Below are positions 36,577 to 49,567 of a stretch of DNA of 64,000 nucleotides, piece after piece. This stretch comes from Eledone cirrhosa (taxonomy: Eukaryota). Made by a program: the position numbers and the translations under genes. The stretch covers positions 2,046,001-2,110,000 of the forward strand of contig OZ024761.1 in the NCBI GenBank assembly GCA_964016885.1, written 5' to 3'. How positions within the stretch are numbered: position 1 is the stretch's first letter; each line of letters starts with the position of its first letter. The notes beneath the pieces are model-generated. The model saw nothing but the letters and a program-made list of their open reading frames with translations. It did no database searches and was not told where the DNA came from.

Positions 36577-39327
36577 ATCATCATCATCATCATCATTTAA
36601 CGTCTATCTTCCACGCTAGCATGGGTTTAGATGGGAATTGTCCCACTTGAGGCAAGATTGGTCGTCTCACTCGTATGGGACTGTCTGACAGGTTTTCTAC
36701 GGCTGGATGCCCTTCCTAACACCAACCACGTTTACAGTGTGGACTGGGAGGTTTTTACCGTGTTACCTACACGGCCACATTACAGCGTGGACTGTGTGTT
36801 ATTTTTTTGTTGTGACACCTACACGACCTCATTAGTTTGGACTGGATGTTGTGGTACCAACATAACTTTACAGAGAGAGGGATGGTGTTGGTGGGAGTGG
36901 AGGGATGGAGTAGGGGTAGTGGATTGGGGTGTATATTTGGTTAAGAGGTGCCTACTGACTGTAGGTTTCGCTTTGTACTTAGGCAAGGCGGGTTTTCTGT
37001 ATTACTGTGTAGCGCCAAAGATCTCAGTCCAATGAAATTGTCTTAGAGAGGTGTAAGGTCAGAATTTATCAAATCTTCCCAGGTTTTTCTGGGTCTACCT
37101 ACTCCGTAACTTCCATCAATTTTGATCGCCCTGCACTTTTTTTATGCAGCTGTCGTCTTTTATGCACATCACGTGACCATACCAACGTAGTCTGCATGCT
37201 TTGTTCCTCACCAGTCTGCGCAGATCCTCTGCACAATGCCCAAGTCTCACTGCCATGTAACATAGCTGTTCGTATGCAGGCATCATATAGTCTGCCTTTC
37301 ATTTTTAGAGGGAAACCTTTAGCGGCCAATAGTGGTATAAGCTCTCTGAACTTTTTCCATCCCGTTCTGATTCTGGCTACTGTACTTTCTGAGCACCCTC
37401 CACCACTGCTGATTTTGTCACCCAGGTAACAGAGGGTGTCCACTATTTCTATAGAGCTATCTGGGCAATAGAAGGAACTAGTATCCTGTGGGCGCTTGCT
37501 ACTTATTGCACCTGAGCACTGGCCACATATAAAATCTACGTTCTTAGATAGCTTACCTGTGATCCCACTACATCTTTTATGCACCCATACTTTGCATTTA
37601 GGACATAAAATGGAATTTCTGCCTGCTCCTTTCCTACACACTGAGCATAGCCATTTCCCAGAGGGGACCTGTGCCCTATTTTCCTTCCTACATACTAGAA
37701 CTTTAGTCTTAGCCAAGTTAACTTTAAGGCCTTTTGATTCTAGGCCATGCTTCCATGTTTGAAATTTCTTCTCTAGTTCAGCCATCAATTCAGCTATGAG
37801 CGTTAGATCATCTGCATATAGAAGTTCCAGTGAGCAGCCGGTCTTGAGCTCCTCTGTTATAGCCTGAAGGGCAATAATAAATAGGAGGGGGCTAAGGACA
37901 GAGCCCTGATGAACACCAACTTTTACGCTAAATTCTTCACTATATCCGTCGTTAATTCTAACCTTGCTGACTGTTTCTTTATACATGGCTTGTATAGCTC
38001 TCACAAGCCATTCATCAACCCCTAGTTTTCTAAGGGCCCACCAGATAATGGCGCGGGGGACTCTGTCAAATGCCTTCTCCAAGTCAACAAAAGCTAAATA
38101 TAGGGGTTTATTTTTAGCTAGGTACTTCTCCTGTAGTTGTTGTACAAGGAAAAGGGCATCTGTGGTACTTTCACCTGACACAAACCCATATTACATTCTG
38201 TCTAGATCAATTTCCTCTCTGATTAGTTGCACTATCACTTTTTCTGTGGCCTTCATGACCTGGTCAATTAATTTAATGCCTCTATAGTTTCCCCTATCTA
38301 GTGCATCTCCTTTACCCTTGTAGCAGTTAATGATGATGCTGCTACACCAGTCATTTGGTATGACCCCATTCTGTATGACTTGGTTTACTATCCGGGTGAC
38401 CATAGTGTGTCCCACTGTTCCAGATGCTTTCAGCATTTCAGCAACTATCTCCGAAGGCCCAGCTGCCTTGCCTGTCTTCATATCTTTGATTGCCTTACTT
38501 ATTATACTACCTTCAACTTGCACTGCTGGTCCTTCTATTGGATCGATGTGGGGCAGACTATCTTTGTCCCATTTATTCTCCTCATTTAGTAGCCTCTCGT
38601 AGTGACACTTCCAAGCTACCTTCTTATCAGTGAGGGCAAGTACACCATCATCATTACGGACACACTTCTCCCCGACAAAATCACAGTTTTCCTTGACACA
38701 TTGCCTAGCAATCCTGAACACCTCACGTTTTTGGTCCTCGTGTTGTAGAACATGCTTGAACTTTCTTCCTCTGCTTCCCTTCTAGCAAAGTACACTTGTC
38801 TCCTAGCTTCCCTCCTGGCAACTTGATAGTGTTCTCTACTTCCCCCATCCCGCCATACTTTCCAAGACTCCACCTTACTGTTCCACCACCAAGTTACTCT
38901 CCTCTTGCCTATAGGTCTGCTCCAGCCACAGATTTCATCTGTTGCCTTCAGCAGGTTAACTTTCAGGAATTCCCACTGTTCCTCTATATTGTACAACTCT
39001 AATTGCTCTTCCTTACTGTCAAAAGCATCAAGTAATATGCTTTTAAATTTGTTACTGGCTGTGGGGGTCCTTTAACTTCCATATTCTTCTCCTTAGGGTA
39101 GTCCTCCTCTGTTGTCAAGTATGTCTATTCCTGACTATGAGGTCACTAACTATGAGGCTATGTTGGGAGGTGTATTCTTCATGGGGGAGGGATTTAGTGT
39201 TTACAACAGACACTCTGTCACATCTTCTGGTAAGGATATAATCTATCTGACTGGCGTGTTCCCCTGATCTATAGGTGATCAAGTAATTGTCTCGTTTTTT
39301 TAAGTTTGTGTTACAGACAGTGAGGTA
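36577..39327 (-). mobile_element. RTE-clade LINE, 5'-truncated and degenerate (APE end, RT, Cys-rich finger, long 3' UTR, (GAT)n tail)
   Basis: YRGIKL, FVDLEKAFDRV, HQGSVLSPLLF and LLYADDL; tail seen as (cat)n at about 36577-36596. Confidence 0.93.
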
Positions 39328-39344
39328 TATATATATATATAGTA

Positions 39345-41900
39345 ATAATAATAAATTTGAAGACTAAAATCCAAAGAGGGCTCGATAAGGATAAATATAT
39401 ATCAAATATATAAGAACCGTAGAGCAAATATTTATTAAAATAACAGATTAAAGTTTAAGCAAAGAATCGCTGCTTTCACCCTTAACGTGATCTTCTGAAA
39501 CTAACAAAGTCAATCAGAAGTCGTAGACTAATATTCTATTAGGTGGTTCATAGAGACGTTCTCTGGCAATGAACGGAAAAAACAAAGATAATACATCATA
39601 TGTGGAGCGGGGAGAACAATTGCACGCAAAGACAAAACCACGTAAATGGTATAACTGAAGTTGTAGACTAAAATTCTAACTAGGAAACCGAATGATTCTC
39701 GGCTTCAGAGTTAAGAATAAAGTAAATAAAATACAGAGGTAATTGAAATTAAATAAATACATACACACATCCATATACGTACATACACAAGCATACGCGA
39801 AAACACCCGCAATAGGTATACAAATACACGCACATATATATGTGTGCGTGTGCGTGTATACAAATAATTAAATAAACGTATATAAATAAATAAATACGTA
39901 TATAACAAGCGCACACACATACCTACACGTAAATACACATATGTTCGGAGACGTGCGTCAACCAAAACACGAAGTACACATATACACACACCCTACATAC
40001 GTACGAACCCGCATACTCACACAGACGTGAAACTCACGTATACACATAACCAAAAGCATATGTACCAGAATATATAAAATATACGCCATAACATATACAA
40101 TCAAATATACGTACGAGAAAGTATACGTACCTTCACAAAATATACAGGTAATATACACTAACCTATACAAATAAGTAATGGTATAAACATAACATATACT
40201 TAGCTACCACATCAAGACGTAAAATATCCGCGTATAGATCGTACTATCCGTTAGGGTATAATGTGGGGCTGTAATACAGGAAAGTTTTGTGCAATTTATG
40301 TTTACAAGCCGAAATTGCCTCAGATTTTTTGTTTAAGATGTGGTCTGTGGCGTAGAGTATTTCCAGGGCCTCAGCGGTGCAGAGGTCACATGGTCTTATA
40401 TTTCCGTTATATGATCTAGCCCTAGCTAGGATCCCCCAGTGTAACTTATATTGGGTGTGGTTGTCTTTTAAACTCCAGATATAAGCTGAAAGTGATGTCA
40501 TATTCCTTCTTAGAGGGTAACGAAAAGAATGGGTAAGCATGTAAAGACGCTGCTTGAATCTATTGGCGGTTAACCCTATGTAGGCCCTATGGGACGTGGG
40601 TGTTTCAACTTTACATTTGTAGACAATGTTACTAGAGAGGCATTTCCCGGATAGGGGGCAGTCAACCCGATTCCTACAATTACAGTTAGTACTAACTACA
40701 GGGTTGCACGTGTTCCTACGGCTAGGTAGTTTAGCTAAATTTGAAGCTGTGATGTTATGTGCAAGGTTAGGAGTCATAGAGTAAGAAATTTTAATAGCAT
40801 TTCTATTAAAAATTTTACTATATTTATGTGTAAGGAGAAAATGCTTCGTAATAAGGGAGAGAAAGATCTTAGCTAATGGTGTGGCCACCTTCATATTATA
40901 TGGTGGGTTATACCATATAATGCGTCGGGATCTATTTCTTCCAGGTCTATTTTTGTACTCTGTATAGGCTACCTTATCGACAAATCCACTCCGAGCAAGA
41001 GCTTTATTGTAATATGTGGAATGGTCGTTGAAAATATGCTCGTTAGTAGATGGACGGGAAAGCCTCAAAGAAACGTTTCTTACCAGGTTCTTGGTTATGC
41101 TGGCAGGATGGTTAGAATGCTTACTTATGTAATTAAGCGTATCATTCGGCTTTCTATACGGGTAATACAAGCCATTCGATAAATTGAGGGTAACGTCGAG
41201 GTAATTAACGACCGAGAGGTTGGCTTCAACCCGTATAGAGAGGTTGAAGCCTTTAAAGAAGGCTGTGAGTTCTTTTCTGAACCTGTCGCAAGCATGTAGG
41301 CTGCACTTAGTCATGGTCAAACGACCATCATCACGGTAGAAACCACCGCCCGCGTTAGGGAATTCGTCCTTGATAGAGAAAAGAAGGAACAGGCCGATAA
41401 GATCAGTAAACTCCGCAGAATCGTTGGCGCCCATACTCACGTCGAATGGGGTACTATTAGATTTTTTAATCCAAATAGAGTCGTTGAAATTAATCACCAA
41501 CTTACGGGCATTGAGGATGACATCAACTTCGAAATCCTTAACCACTGTGAGTGTTTTAGCGAAATTGATAGCTCTAAAGAGAAGTGGTAAAGTGATTATA
41601 CCATTTACGTTTAATAGAATATTAGTCTACTTCTTTTATACCATAAACATGGTTTTGTCTTTGCGTGTAATTGTTTTTCACCGCTCCAAATAATGACGTA
41701 TTATATTCGTTTTTTCCCCTTCTTTGCCAGCGAACGTTTCCACGAACCAAAGTATCGTCTTCCTCCGGTTGCAACGTTTTTTTAAATATTCACTGCTGCG
41801 TTCACAGATTGACTTTGTTAGTTAGTTTCAGAAGATCCCGTTAAGGGTGAAAGCAGCGATTCTTTGCTTAAACTTTAATCTGTTATTTTAATAAATATAT
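39345..41900 (-). mobile_element. Penelope-like element: 5'-truncated RT plus GIY-YIG ORF (40244-41545) with inverted terminal repeat
   Basis: SMG..DSAE, FYRDDG, NYLDVTL and YRKP (PLE RT); CNCR..CPL.GKC, NIVYKC and AYIGLT..FKQR (GIY-YIG); about 39428-39690 is inverted-homologous to about 41590-41897; flanked by (TA)n. Confidence 0.92.
41824..41874 (+). ncRNA. Variant hammerhead-like motif in the Penelope inverted terminus (mirror copy 39452-39502, minus)
   Basis: agttt CAGAAGA t-ccc-gttaa-ggg-t GAAA gca..tgc TT aaact; core has U4>A in both copies. Confidence 0.55.
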
Positions 41901-42589
41901 ATATATATAAATATATTATATATATATATTTTTTTTTATGTCCACTTTTCACTGCTTGCAAGGGTTGGACATAGTGTTTGGCAGTAGATGGTTGGATGCC
42001 CTACCTAACACCAGCACCACTTTACAGTATGGACTGGGTGCTTTTATTCGTGACACCAGCACTAGAGAGATCGTCTTACTGGACTCAGGGCCCTCTTTAC
42101 CCCTCCATTTTATAGCATGGACTGAGTGCTTTTATATATATATGATGGCTGCAAACTCTGCTAAGTGTATTGCAATCGCTTGTCAGATTACAGAAAATGG
42201 TGCACTTTTAGGCTACGGCCAGCCACACGAGCCTGTAACAGATCCTGAACAAGCAATGCCTGTGCTTTGAAGGATTTTTAAGTGGGGAAATGCCTTGCAC
42301 TCAACCAATCCCACTCTCTGAGCATTGAAAACACTACCCGAAAAGGAGACTGGTCAACATCATCAGATGTTTCCAAAGCTGCAGGTTTTTTTTTTCAGAG
42401 TTTCCCTCTCTTAGAAAGGTGTTGTGACAACAACTGGGGGCCTTTCACTCCAAGGTGAAAAGAAAAAAAAGTACTATTTGGATGGCCATTGACTCTGCTG
42501 AGTTCCTTTGCTGGGTATTGTATTTCATCCCACAGGGTGTTCAAATATCACCCTCCTCACCAACCTTGTATGTATATGTATATATACAT

Positions 42590-43486
42590 ACAAGACCTGG
42601 GATAAGGTGATAAAAGTTGACCTTGCGCAATTACACCTCTGAAAGACTAAAATTTTGAGGATGACATAGGATCAAGATTTTTGATGTTATGCAGTAATGC
42701 AGAAGATCCACCTTTCCTTGCGCACAGACTGAGACATACTACCAGTAGGCACCTCTTAATCTACTTAACCACTATACCCACTTCCATACACCCCCACATC
42801 ACCCTCCCACTTCTGTCCACACCACCCTTACAATGTAAAGTGGTTGTGTAGGTGTCACGACTTAAAGCGCCCAGTCCACACTGTAAATGTGGTTGGTGTT
42901 GTAGCGATCCCTTACGGCTGGAACTCAGAATGTATAGGAGTTGCATCCCTTTGTGATGGTCGCGACTCCCAGTGGCAATACGTATAGGAGTTGCATCCTT
43001 TTGTGACAGTCGCTACCCCCAATGGCAGATCCATGTACTAAATGGAGTTGCGTACCCCTGAGGACTATATATTTGAGAACTTAAGGCATTCTACCTCACT
43101 TCCTACACCACAGCAAGAAGAACCACTTCAGACCTTACCAAGAGAAGATTTCTGCTTTCTCTCTCTCTTCTCTACACACTCCAGTCTGGGAGTTGAGCCC
43201 AACTCACCATCAACATGTGGTAAAAATTATTTCTATTAATTTATTTAACTTCTGTGAAGTAAAACCATGTCACAACACTCACCTGCATTTATTGTCATTC
43301 TTAATAATATATATACACTGATACTAACATTCTAAAGTGTTAGGAAGGGCATCCAGCCATAGGAACCTAGCCAGAAACAGTCCTATATGAACAAGACACG
43401 GTCACCTGACCCAACTTACCTCAAATAGGACAACCCATCTAACCCATACTAGTGTGGAAAATAGGTGTTAATGATGATGATGATGA
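42590..43486 (+). mobile_element. Decayed RTE 3' end/UTR interrupted by a solo LTR
   Basis: Homology to RTE 3' UTR (gtgttaggaagggcatccagcc motif, (GAT)n tail); a related copy lies at about 49730-50177. Confidence 0.7.
42900..43336. mobile_element. Putative solo LTR (437 bp) with 4-bp target-site duplication
   Basis: Starts TGTAG and ends CTAAA (one mismatch from CTACA); GTGT duplicated at 42896-42899 and 43337-43340; removing it restores ggttggtgttaggaagggcatcc. Confidence 0.7.
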
Positions 43487-43649
43487 TATATATATGGTAG
43501 AACCTTTAGAATGTCACAGATAATGTTACAGCATTGAAGGAGAGGTGGGAGAGAGAGAAGAAAGGAAAGAAAGGTAACAAAGGAGCAGAAAGAGGGATGG
43601 GAGTGATAGGAGGGAGGGAGAGAGATAGAGAGAAAGGTAAAGTACTCAC

Positions 43650-45019
43650 ATGACTTGACCAGCGTCCGGCTGTACGGGATTTCTCTGTAAGCCATCAATG
43701 TTGTGGCTGGCACGCATCTTATGAAGCTGGACGTCATCTTCTGCCGGAAATATATCACTAAACACTTGCTTACGACATGGCACAGAAGCAAACAGAACAT
43801 GGCTCTCGGTAGCAGTATCGGTCTTGCAGTAAATGTCGTCTTCATCGTCATCAACGGATGGCTTCCGAGCACGATCAGGGCCCGTAACAGTCAAGTCGCT
43901 GGACGTCGATGAAGCCCTCCTCTTGTCCTCACAAGATGAGGAGCAGTCGGCATTGTAACCACCCAACGAGGTCACCTCCTCAGCAGCATCGCCACAGCCC
44001 TCAGTTGAACCTTCACTCTCCTCATCTTCAGCTTCAGAACTCTCTTTGTTCTCTTTAACATCCTTCCCACCATCACCTTCTGCTGGTGATTTATCTTCCA
44101 CCCCGTTCCCCAGAGGAGGTGTTGAGCTACAAATTATTTTATCTGTTTTATCTACAATTTCAACACATTTATTGTTTAATATGACTGAATTAATTAACTG
44201 CTCACTCTTCTTGTCTTCACATGACAACAATGTTGACGTCTTATTGTCCACAATCACGCCATTTTGTTTGTCCAATTTCTTTTGAGCATCAACAATGGTT
44301 TTTCTCTGGAGAAGAACTTTATTATTCCTCACTGTCTTAGGACATGATTTTGAAAGGAGGTCTTTTGCAGGTACACTGACCCCAGATTTACTTTTAGATA
44401 ATGGGATTGCTCTCATAGTTGCTGTTGTTGTAGTTGTTGTTGTTACACTTCTGTTTCTTGTTGTTGCTGTTGTTGTTGCTGCTGCTGCTGTTCTTGATTT
44501 TAGTGATGATGGCAATGTTGATGCTGCCCTTGTTCTCAATGCTGTTGTTGTTGCATTTGTTTTCACTGAAGAGGTTGTAGTGGTGGAGGTGGTGGTATTG
44601 TTGTCGGTGGTGGTTAGCGTGTGATTTTTACCGACAGGGTCCTTCTTCAGACGCGGTGGCTGCTCTCGTTTCTTCCGTTTCGACACTTTAGATCTCACAT
44701 GTATCACCTCCAAGTTGTTCTCCCCGTCGACATGGCCATTCGGAGTCGCCATCACATTCTCAATACGTCGGAACCGGCAGTCTTCCGTGTTCGAGCTAAT
44801 GCTCGACAGGGACATGCTGTCCGACATGGTCAGACTACCCCTGCTCTGGCGATGGGATGTGCCACTGTCCACTCCGCAGTAGTAACCAGAATCCAGTGAA
44901 CCGACATGGTAGAGTTTTGGCAGGTGGAAGCTGTTGTTGTAGCTGCCATTTTCACTGTTCACACTTCCGCAGTCGCTGTCCGTAGCCGTCATAGTTGACT
45001 CAATCATTGAACTGGAAAT
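43650..45019 (-). CDS. PLEKHM2: PLEKHM2 large central exon (Ser/Thr/acidic disordered linker)
   Basis: 1370-nt open frame within ORF 43646-45043; cag acceptor, GTGAGT donor; LEVIHVRSKVSKRKKR resembles human EVIRVTKKKK; phase 0 in, phase 2 out fits neighbours. Confidence 0.88.
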
Positions 45020-45324
45020 CTGTGAAGAGAGACAGAGAGACAATGAAACAATACAATGACATACTTAAATAGACATATAGATGTACATACATACACATGT
45101 ATATATACACACATGTACATACACACACACACATACATTTCCACATACATACATATATAGATGCAAAGAAAGGGTGAACCACAGCCTGTTATATAATGGG
45201 GGTTGTGGTCACTACAGATAATAAATTTTATCATACAGATGGTAGTAGTTTGATAATGTCTGTCTTCCCCATTTCAGTATCTGGTGTGAGTGGTTTGTCT
45301 ACAGATATAAGGAGGATGTGGGTC

Positions 45325-45765
45325 TGTGGTTGGTTTAATGGGAGTTGAGTGTGGGTTAGTTTAATGGGAGTTGAGTGTGGGTTGGTTTAATGGGAGTTAT
45401 GAGGGTAGAGTTATTTTAATGGGAGTTATGAGTGTGGGTTAGTTTAATGGGAGTTGTGAGTGCGGGTTAGTTTAATGGGAGTTAAGTGTGGGTTAGTTTA
45501 ATGAGAATTATGAGTGTGCATTAGTTTAATGGGAGTTATGAGTGTGCGTTAGTTTAATGGAAGTTATGAGTGTGCGTTAGTTAATGAGAATTATGAGTGT
45601 GCGTTAGTTAATGAGAATTATGAGTGTGCGTTAGTTAATGAGAATTATGAGTGTGCGTTAGTTTAAAGGGAGTTATGAGTGTGGGTCAGTTTAATGGGAG
45701 TTATGAGTGTGGGTCAGTTTAATGGGAGTTATGAGTGTGGGTCAGTGGTTGGTTTAATGGGTATT
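45325..45765. repeat. About 26-28-bp minisatellite
   Basis: gagtgtgggttagtttaatgggagttat. Confidence 0.92.
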
Positions 45766-46020
45766 ATGAGTACGAGTCATGGAAAATAGATGCTGAATAT
45801 TGATGATATATATATATAAGAAAATGAGGGTTTTTTTAAATGAAAAAAAAACAAGATGTCCTACAAGAGTGAACGTATAAGGAAAAGAAATCGAAAATGC
45901 AACTGGAGTCTTTTTAAGAATATTTATGTTTCCTTTATTGGTTTCACAGTTCTTATGCTTTTCAAAAATATAATTAAGATGGAGGGTTTGTGGTTTTTCT
46001 CGCATATATATATGTATGTG

Positions 46021-46470
46021 TCATCATCATCATCATCGTTTAAAGTCTATCTTCCATGCTAGCATGGGTTTAGATGGGAATTGTCCCACTTGAGGCAAGA
46101 TTGGTCGTCTCGCTCGTATGGGACTGTCTGGCAGGTTTTCTACGGCTGGATTCCCTTCCTAACACCAACCACGTTTACAGTGTGGACTGGGAGGTTTTTA
46201 CCGTGTTACCTACACGGCCACATTACAGCATGGACTGTGTGTGTTTTTTTGTCGTGACACCTACACGACCTCATTTATTTAGGACTGGATGTTGTGGTAC
46301 CAACATAACTTTACAGAGAAAGGGGAGGTGTTGATGGGGATGGGGTGGGGGAGTTGTGGTAGTGGGAGGGGGTGTATATTTGATTAAGAGGTGCCTACTG
46401 ACTGTAGGTTTCACTTTGTACTTAGGCAAGGCGGGTTTTCTGTATTACTGCATAGCGCCAAAGATCTGTC
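46021..46470 (-). mobile_element. 3'-end fragment of the same RTE family
   Basis: Near identity to 36580-37025; (GAT)n tail. Confidence 0.88.
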
Positions 46471-46621
46471 TGTGTATATATATATATGTATGTGTATGTA
46501 TGTATGTCTATATGCATGTATGTATATATGTGTATATGTATGTATATATGTATGTGTATGTATTTATGTATGTGTGCATATATATGTATGTATGTGTGTA
46601 TGTATGTATGTATGTATATAT

Positions 46622-47183
46622 GTACAACCTGTCTCATGGTCGGGTCATTGGCGACTAAACTGGCAACCCCACCAAGGTTTCTTGGTGAGGAAGGTGACTT
46701 TGGACATCCTGCAGGACTAAAAACAAAACCTGTCAAAGGGCAAAGGAGCTCTTAAGAGTCAATGGCCATCCAAAATCACTGGGAGAGATGACCCCTTAGC
46801 CTTTGTCAAGGCAGAATTCTAGGAGAAGGAAAACTCTGATATAACACCTGCAACCCTGATGGTATCCAATGATGTTGACATGTTCTTCTTTTTGGTAAAT
46901 ATCATCTTGGTTAAGAGAGTGGGACTGGCTTTGTGCAGTGCCTTTGCTCACTATAAAAGCTTCACGGCACAGGCATTGCTTTATATCTGGAGATCTCTCT
47001 GCACTTGTCATCACATGGTACCAGCACTATGTGTCAATAATTGTCACAAGTGTAGTGTTTGTACCAGAGTTTTCAAGTCGCTGGCTAGACTAAAAAGTCA
47101 CACTCGTTCAGCGCATCGGTAGGGGTTCTCCTACATGGATATAAAGTAGTGGCCGTACTCGAAAACGAGTTGGCAGCCACCAT
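46622..47183 (+). mobile_element. Bipartite RTE-derived element, copy 2
   Basis: Ends [23 protein letters not shown], then a short UTR and (TA)n. Confidence 0.75.
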
Positions 47184-47196
47184 GTGTATATATATG

Positions 47197-47243
<47 letters not shown>

Positions 47244-47427
47244 CTACGTGTATATATATATATGTATGTGTGTGTGTATGTATGTGTGTATGTATGTATG
47301 TATGTATATGTATGTATGTATGTGTATATATGTATGTATATATACGTATGCATGTATATATACGTATGTATGTATATGTGCGTATGTATGTATGTATATA
47401 TATGTATGTATGTATGTATATATATAT

Positions 47428-47916
47428 ACCAAGGTTCCTTGGTGAGGAGGGTGACTTTGGACATCCTGCAAGACTAAAAACAAAACCTGTCAAAGGGCAA
47501 AGGAGCTCTTAAGAGTCAATGGCCATCACCGGGAGAGATGACCCCTTAGCCTTTGTCAAGGCAGAATTCTAGGCGAAGGAAAACTCTGATGGTATCCAAT
47601 GATGTTGACATGTTCTTCTTTTTGGTAAATGTCATCTTGGTTAAGAGAGTGGGACTGGCTTTGTGCAGTGCCTTTGCTCACTATAAAAGCTTCACGGCAC
47701 AGGCATTGCTTTATATCTGGAGATCTCTCTGCACTTGTCATCACATGGTACCATGGGCCCAGCACTGTGTCAATAATTGTCACAAATGTGTTTGTACCAG
47801 AGTTTTCAAGTCGCTGGCTGGACTAAAAAGTCACACTCATTCAGCGCATCGGTAGGGGTTCTCCTACATGGATATAAAGTAGTGGCCGTACTCGAAAACG
47901 AGTTGGCAGCCACCAT
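47428..47916 (+). mobile_element. Bipartite RTE-derived element, copy 3 (tandem, more 5'-truncated)
   Basis: Direct repeat of about 46670-47183, separated by (TA)/(TATG)n. Confidence 0.75.
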
Positions 47917-48039
47917 GTATATATGTAGGTGTGTGTATGTATGTATGTGTGTGTATATATGTATGTGCGTGTGTATATATGTATGTGTGTGTGTATATAT
48001 GTATGCATATATGTATGTATATAAGTATGTATGTGCATG

Positions 48040-48070
<31 letters not shown>

Positions 48071-48214
48071 ATATATATATATATATGCATGTGTGTGTAT
48101 GTATGTATGTATATGTGTGTGTGTATATATATATATAAATATATCCATGGGTTTGACAGTTTCATTTCATGTGTAATCCCTCTCTTGTTTTTTTCTCTAC
48201 ACACATTATATATA

Positions 48215-48764
48215 CTAGCAGAAAAACCACCCTTCGAGTGGTTTTCTGCTAGCATGTGTAGTGTACATATAGATATTTTATGCAAATATATATACATGTA
48301 GATATGATACGTCAAATAAAATCGTAATTGACAATATGCACAGAAATTGAAGAGAGACTGTGTTACACTGTCTTCTGTAATCAGTAAAGTAATCCATGAT
48401 ACATTAAAAAAAGACGATATTATATATAAACAGCATATTTAATATACTAAAATGTTATGAAAACGAAACAGGAGAAAATTAGCGATGGAAATATAAACCT
48501 TATATAATGATGTAAATATATGAACGCTTATATAAGCAATGTAATAAGTGTTATGATATAACGGACGTTAAGCGGAGGTGGTGAAATTTGAACATTTTAA
48601 AGATGTGAATCTTAAAATAAGCAATAAAATATATATATAAGAATATTTATGTTTAATCAAGAGCTACAAAATTTAGTAGAAAGTAATCCAACTTATTTTA
48701 CTAACGAGATAAAAAAATATAAAACGGACGCTGTCAGCATTCCCCCTTTATTATATATTATAGA
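48215..48764 (-). mobile_element. Non-autonomous Helitron-like element
   Basis: Minus strand starts A|TCTATAATATATAATAAAGG and ends hairpin plus CTAG|T (ctagcagaaaaaccac..gtggttttctgctag). Confidence 0.7.
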
Positions 48765-48811
48765 TATAAATATAATTAGAATTTAGCTTCGACATAGTTG
48801 TATACAAATAT

Positions 48812-49118
48812 GTATGTGAATTTCATATATCTAAAGATATACGGTATGAATAGAACACTGGTGGCCTGCTTCGTATGCAAATGAGGCTAACCAGTCCATT
48901 TACACAGATGAAAAAACTCTATATTTTCACTTGTTTCAAAGTCCAGCAGTAGCGAGAGAGAAACATTAAATTTGAAATACATCGACAGTTATCCCCCTTG
49001 CTTCTACTGGACACCACTCAGTGGCGCTGGCTTCCAGTGTTCTATTCATAGCTGTAACTTTCAAAATGTTTATTTATAAACATACCGTATATCTTTAGAT
49101 ATACAAAATTCACATATG
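48812..49118. mobile_element. MITE-like foldback element
   Basis: atgtgaatt..atctaaagatatacggtatg is inverted at 49081-49117; tatgaatagaacactgg is inverted at about 49035-49051. Confidence 0.6.
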
Positions 49119-49324
49119 AAGATATGTAGAGTAGCAGGCTAAGGCCCAGTATATATATATTGAGGTATGGCCAGCTGTTCTACATTGAAACGTTCGTAGA
49201 GTAAAATCATGTTATAAATCTAAACTAGTTATTCATTGTTATTTTATTAAATATATATATATATATTTATATATATTATTCAGAATATTAATAAATGAAG
49301 ACATTCACATAATCAAAATATATG

Positions 49325-49386
49325 TTTTATTATATATATTTCGAAGGTACTGTGCTGTTTTTTCAGTACGTCCTCGTCAGATAAAA
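49325..49386 (-). ncRNA. Type I hammerhead motif, left arm of the 347-bp palindrome
   Basis: Minus strand: ttttat CTGACGA ggac-gtactg-loop-cagtac-cttc GAAA tatata TA ataaaa. Confidence 0.82.
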
Positions 49387-49505
49387 TACATGAATTGATG
49401 TATGACATACCTCAACGGTCTTGATGGTTCAATTCCAGTATTGACTGCCAATACTGGAATTGAACCATCAAGACAGTTGAGGTATGTCATACATCAATTC
49501 ATGTA

Positions 49506-49567
49506 TTTTATCTGACGAGGACATACTGAAAAAACAGCACAGTACCTTCGAAATATATATAATATAA
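49506..49567 (+). ncRNA. Type I hammerhead motif, right arm of the palindrome
   Basis: Mirror copy of 49325-49386 with two substitutions. Confidence 0.75.

Noticed and set aside
44860-44900. DSGYYC/DSGTSH as a beta-TrCP degron
   Set aside because: Neither fits DSGxxS exactly.
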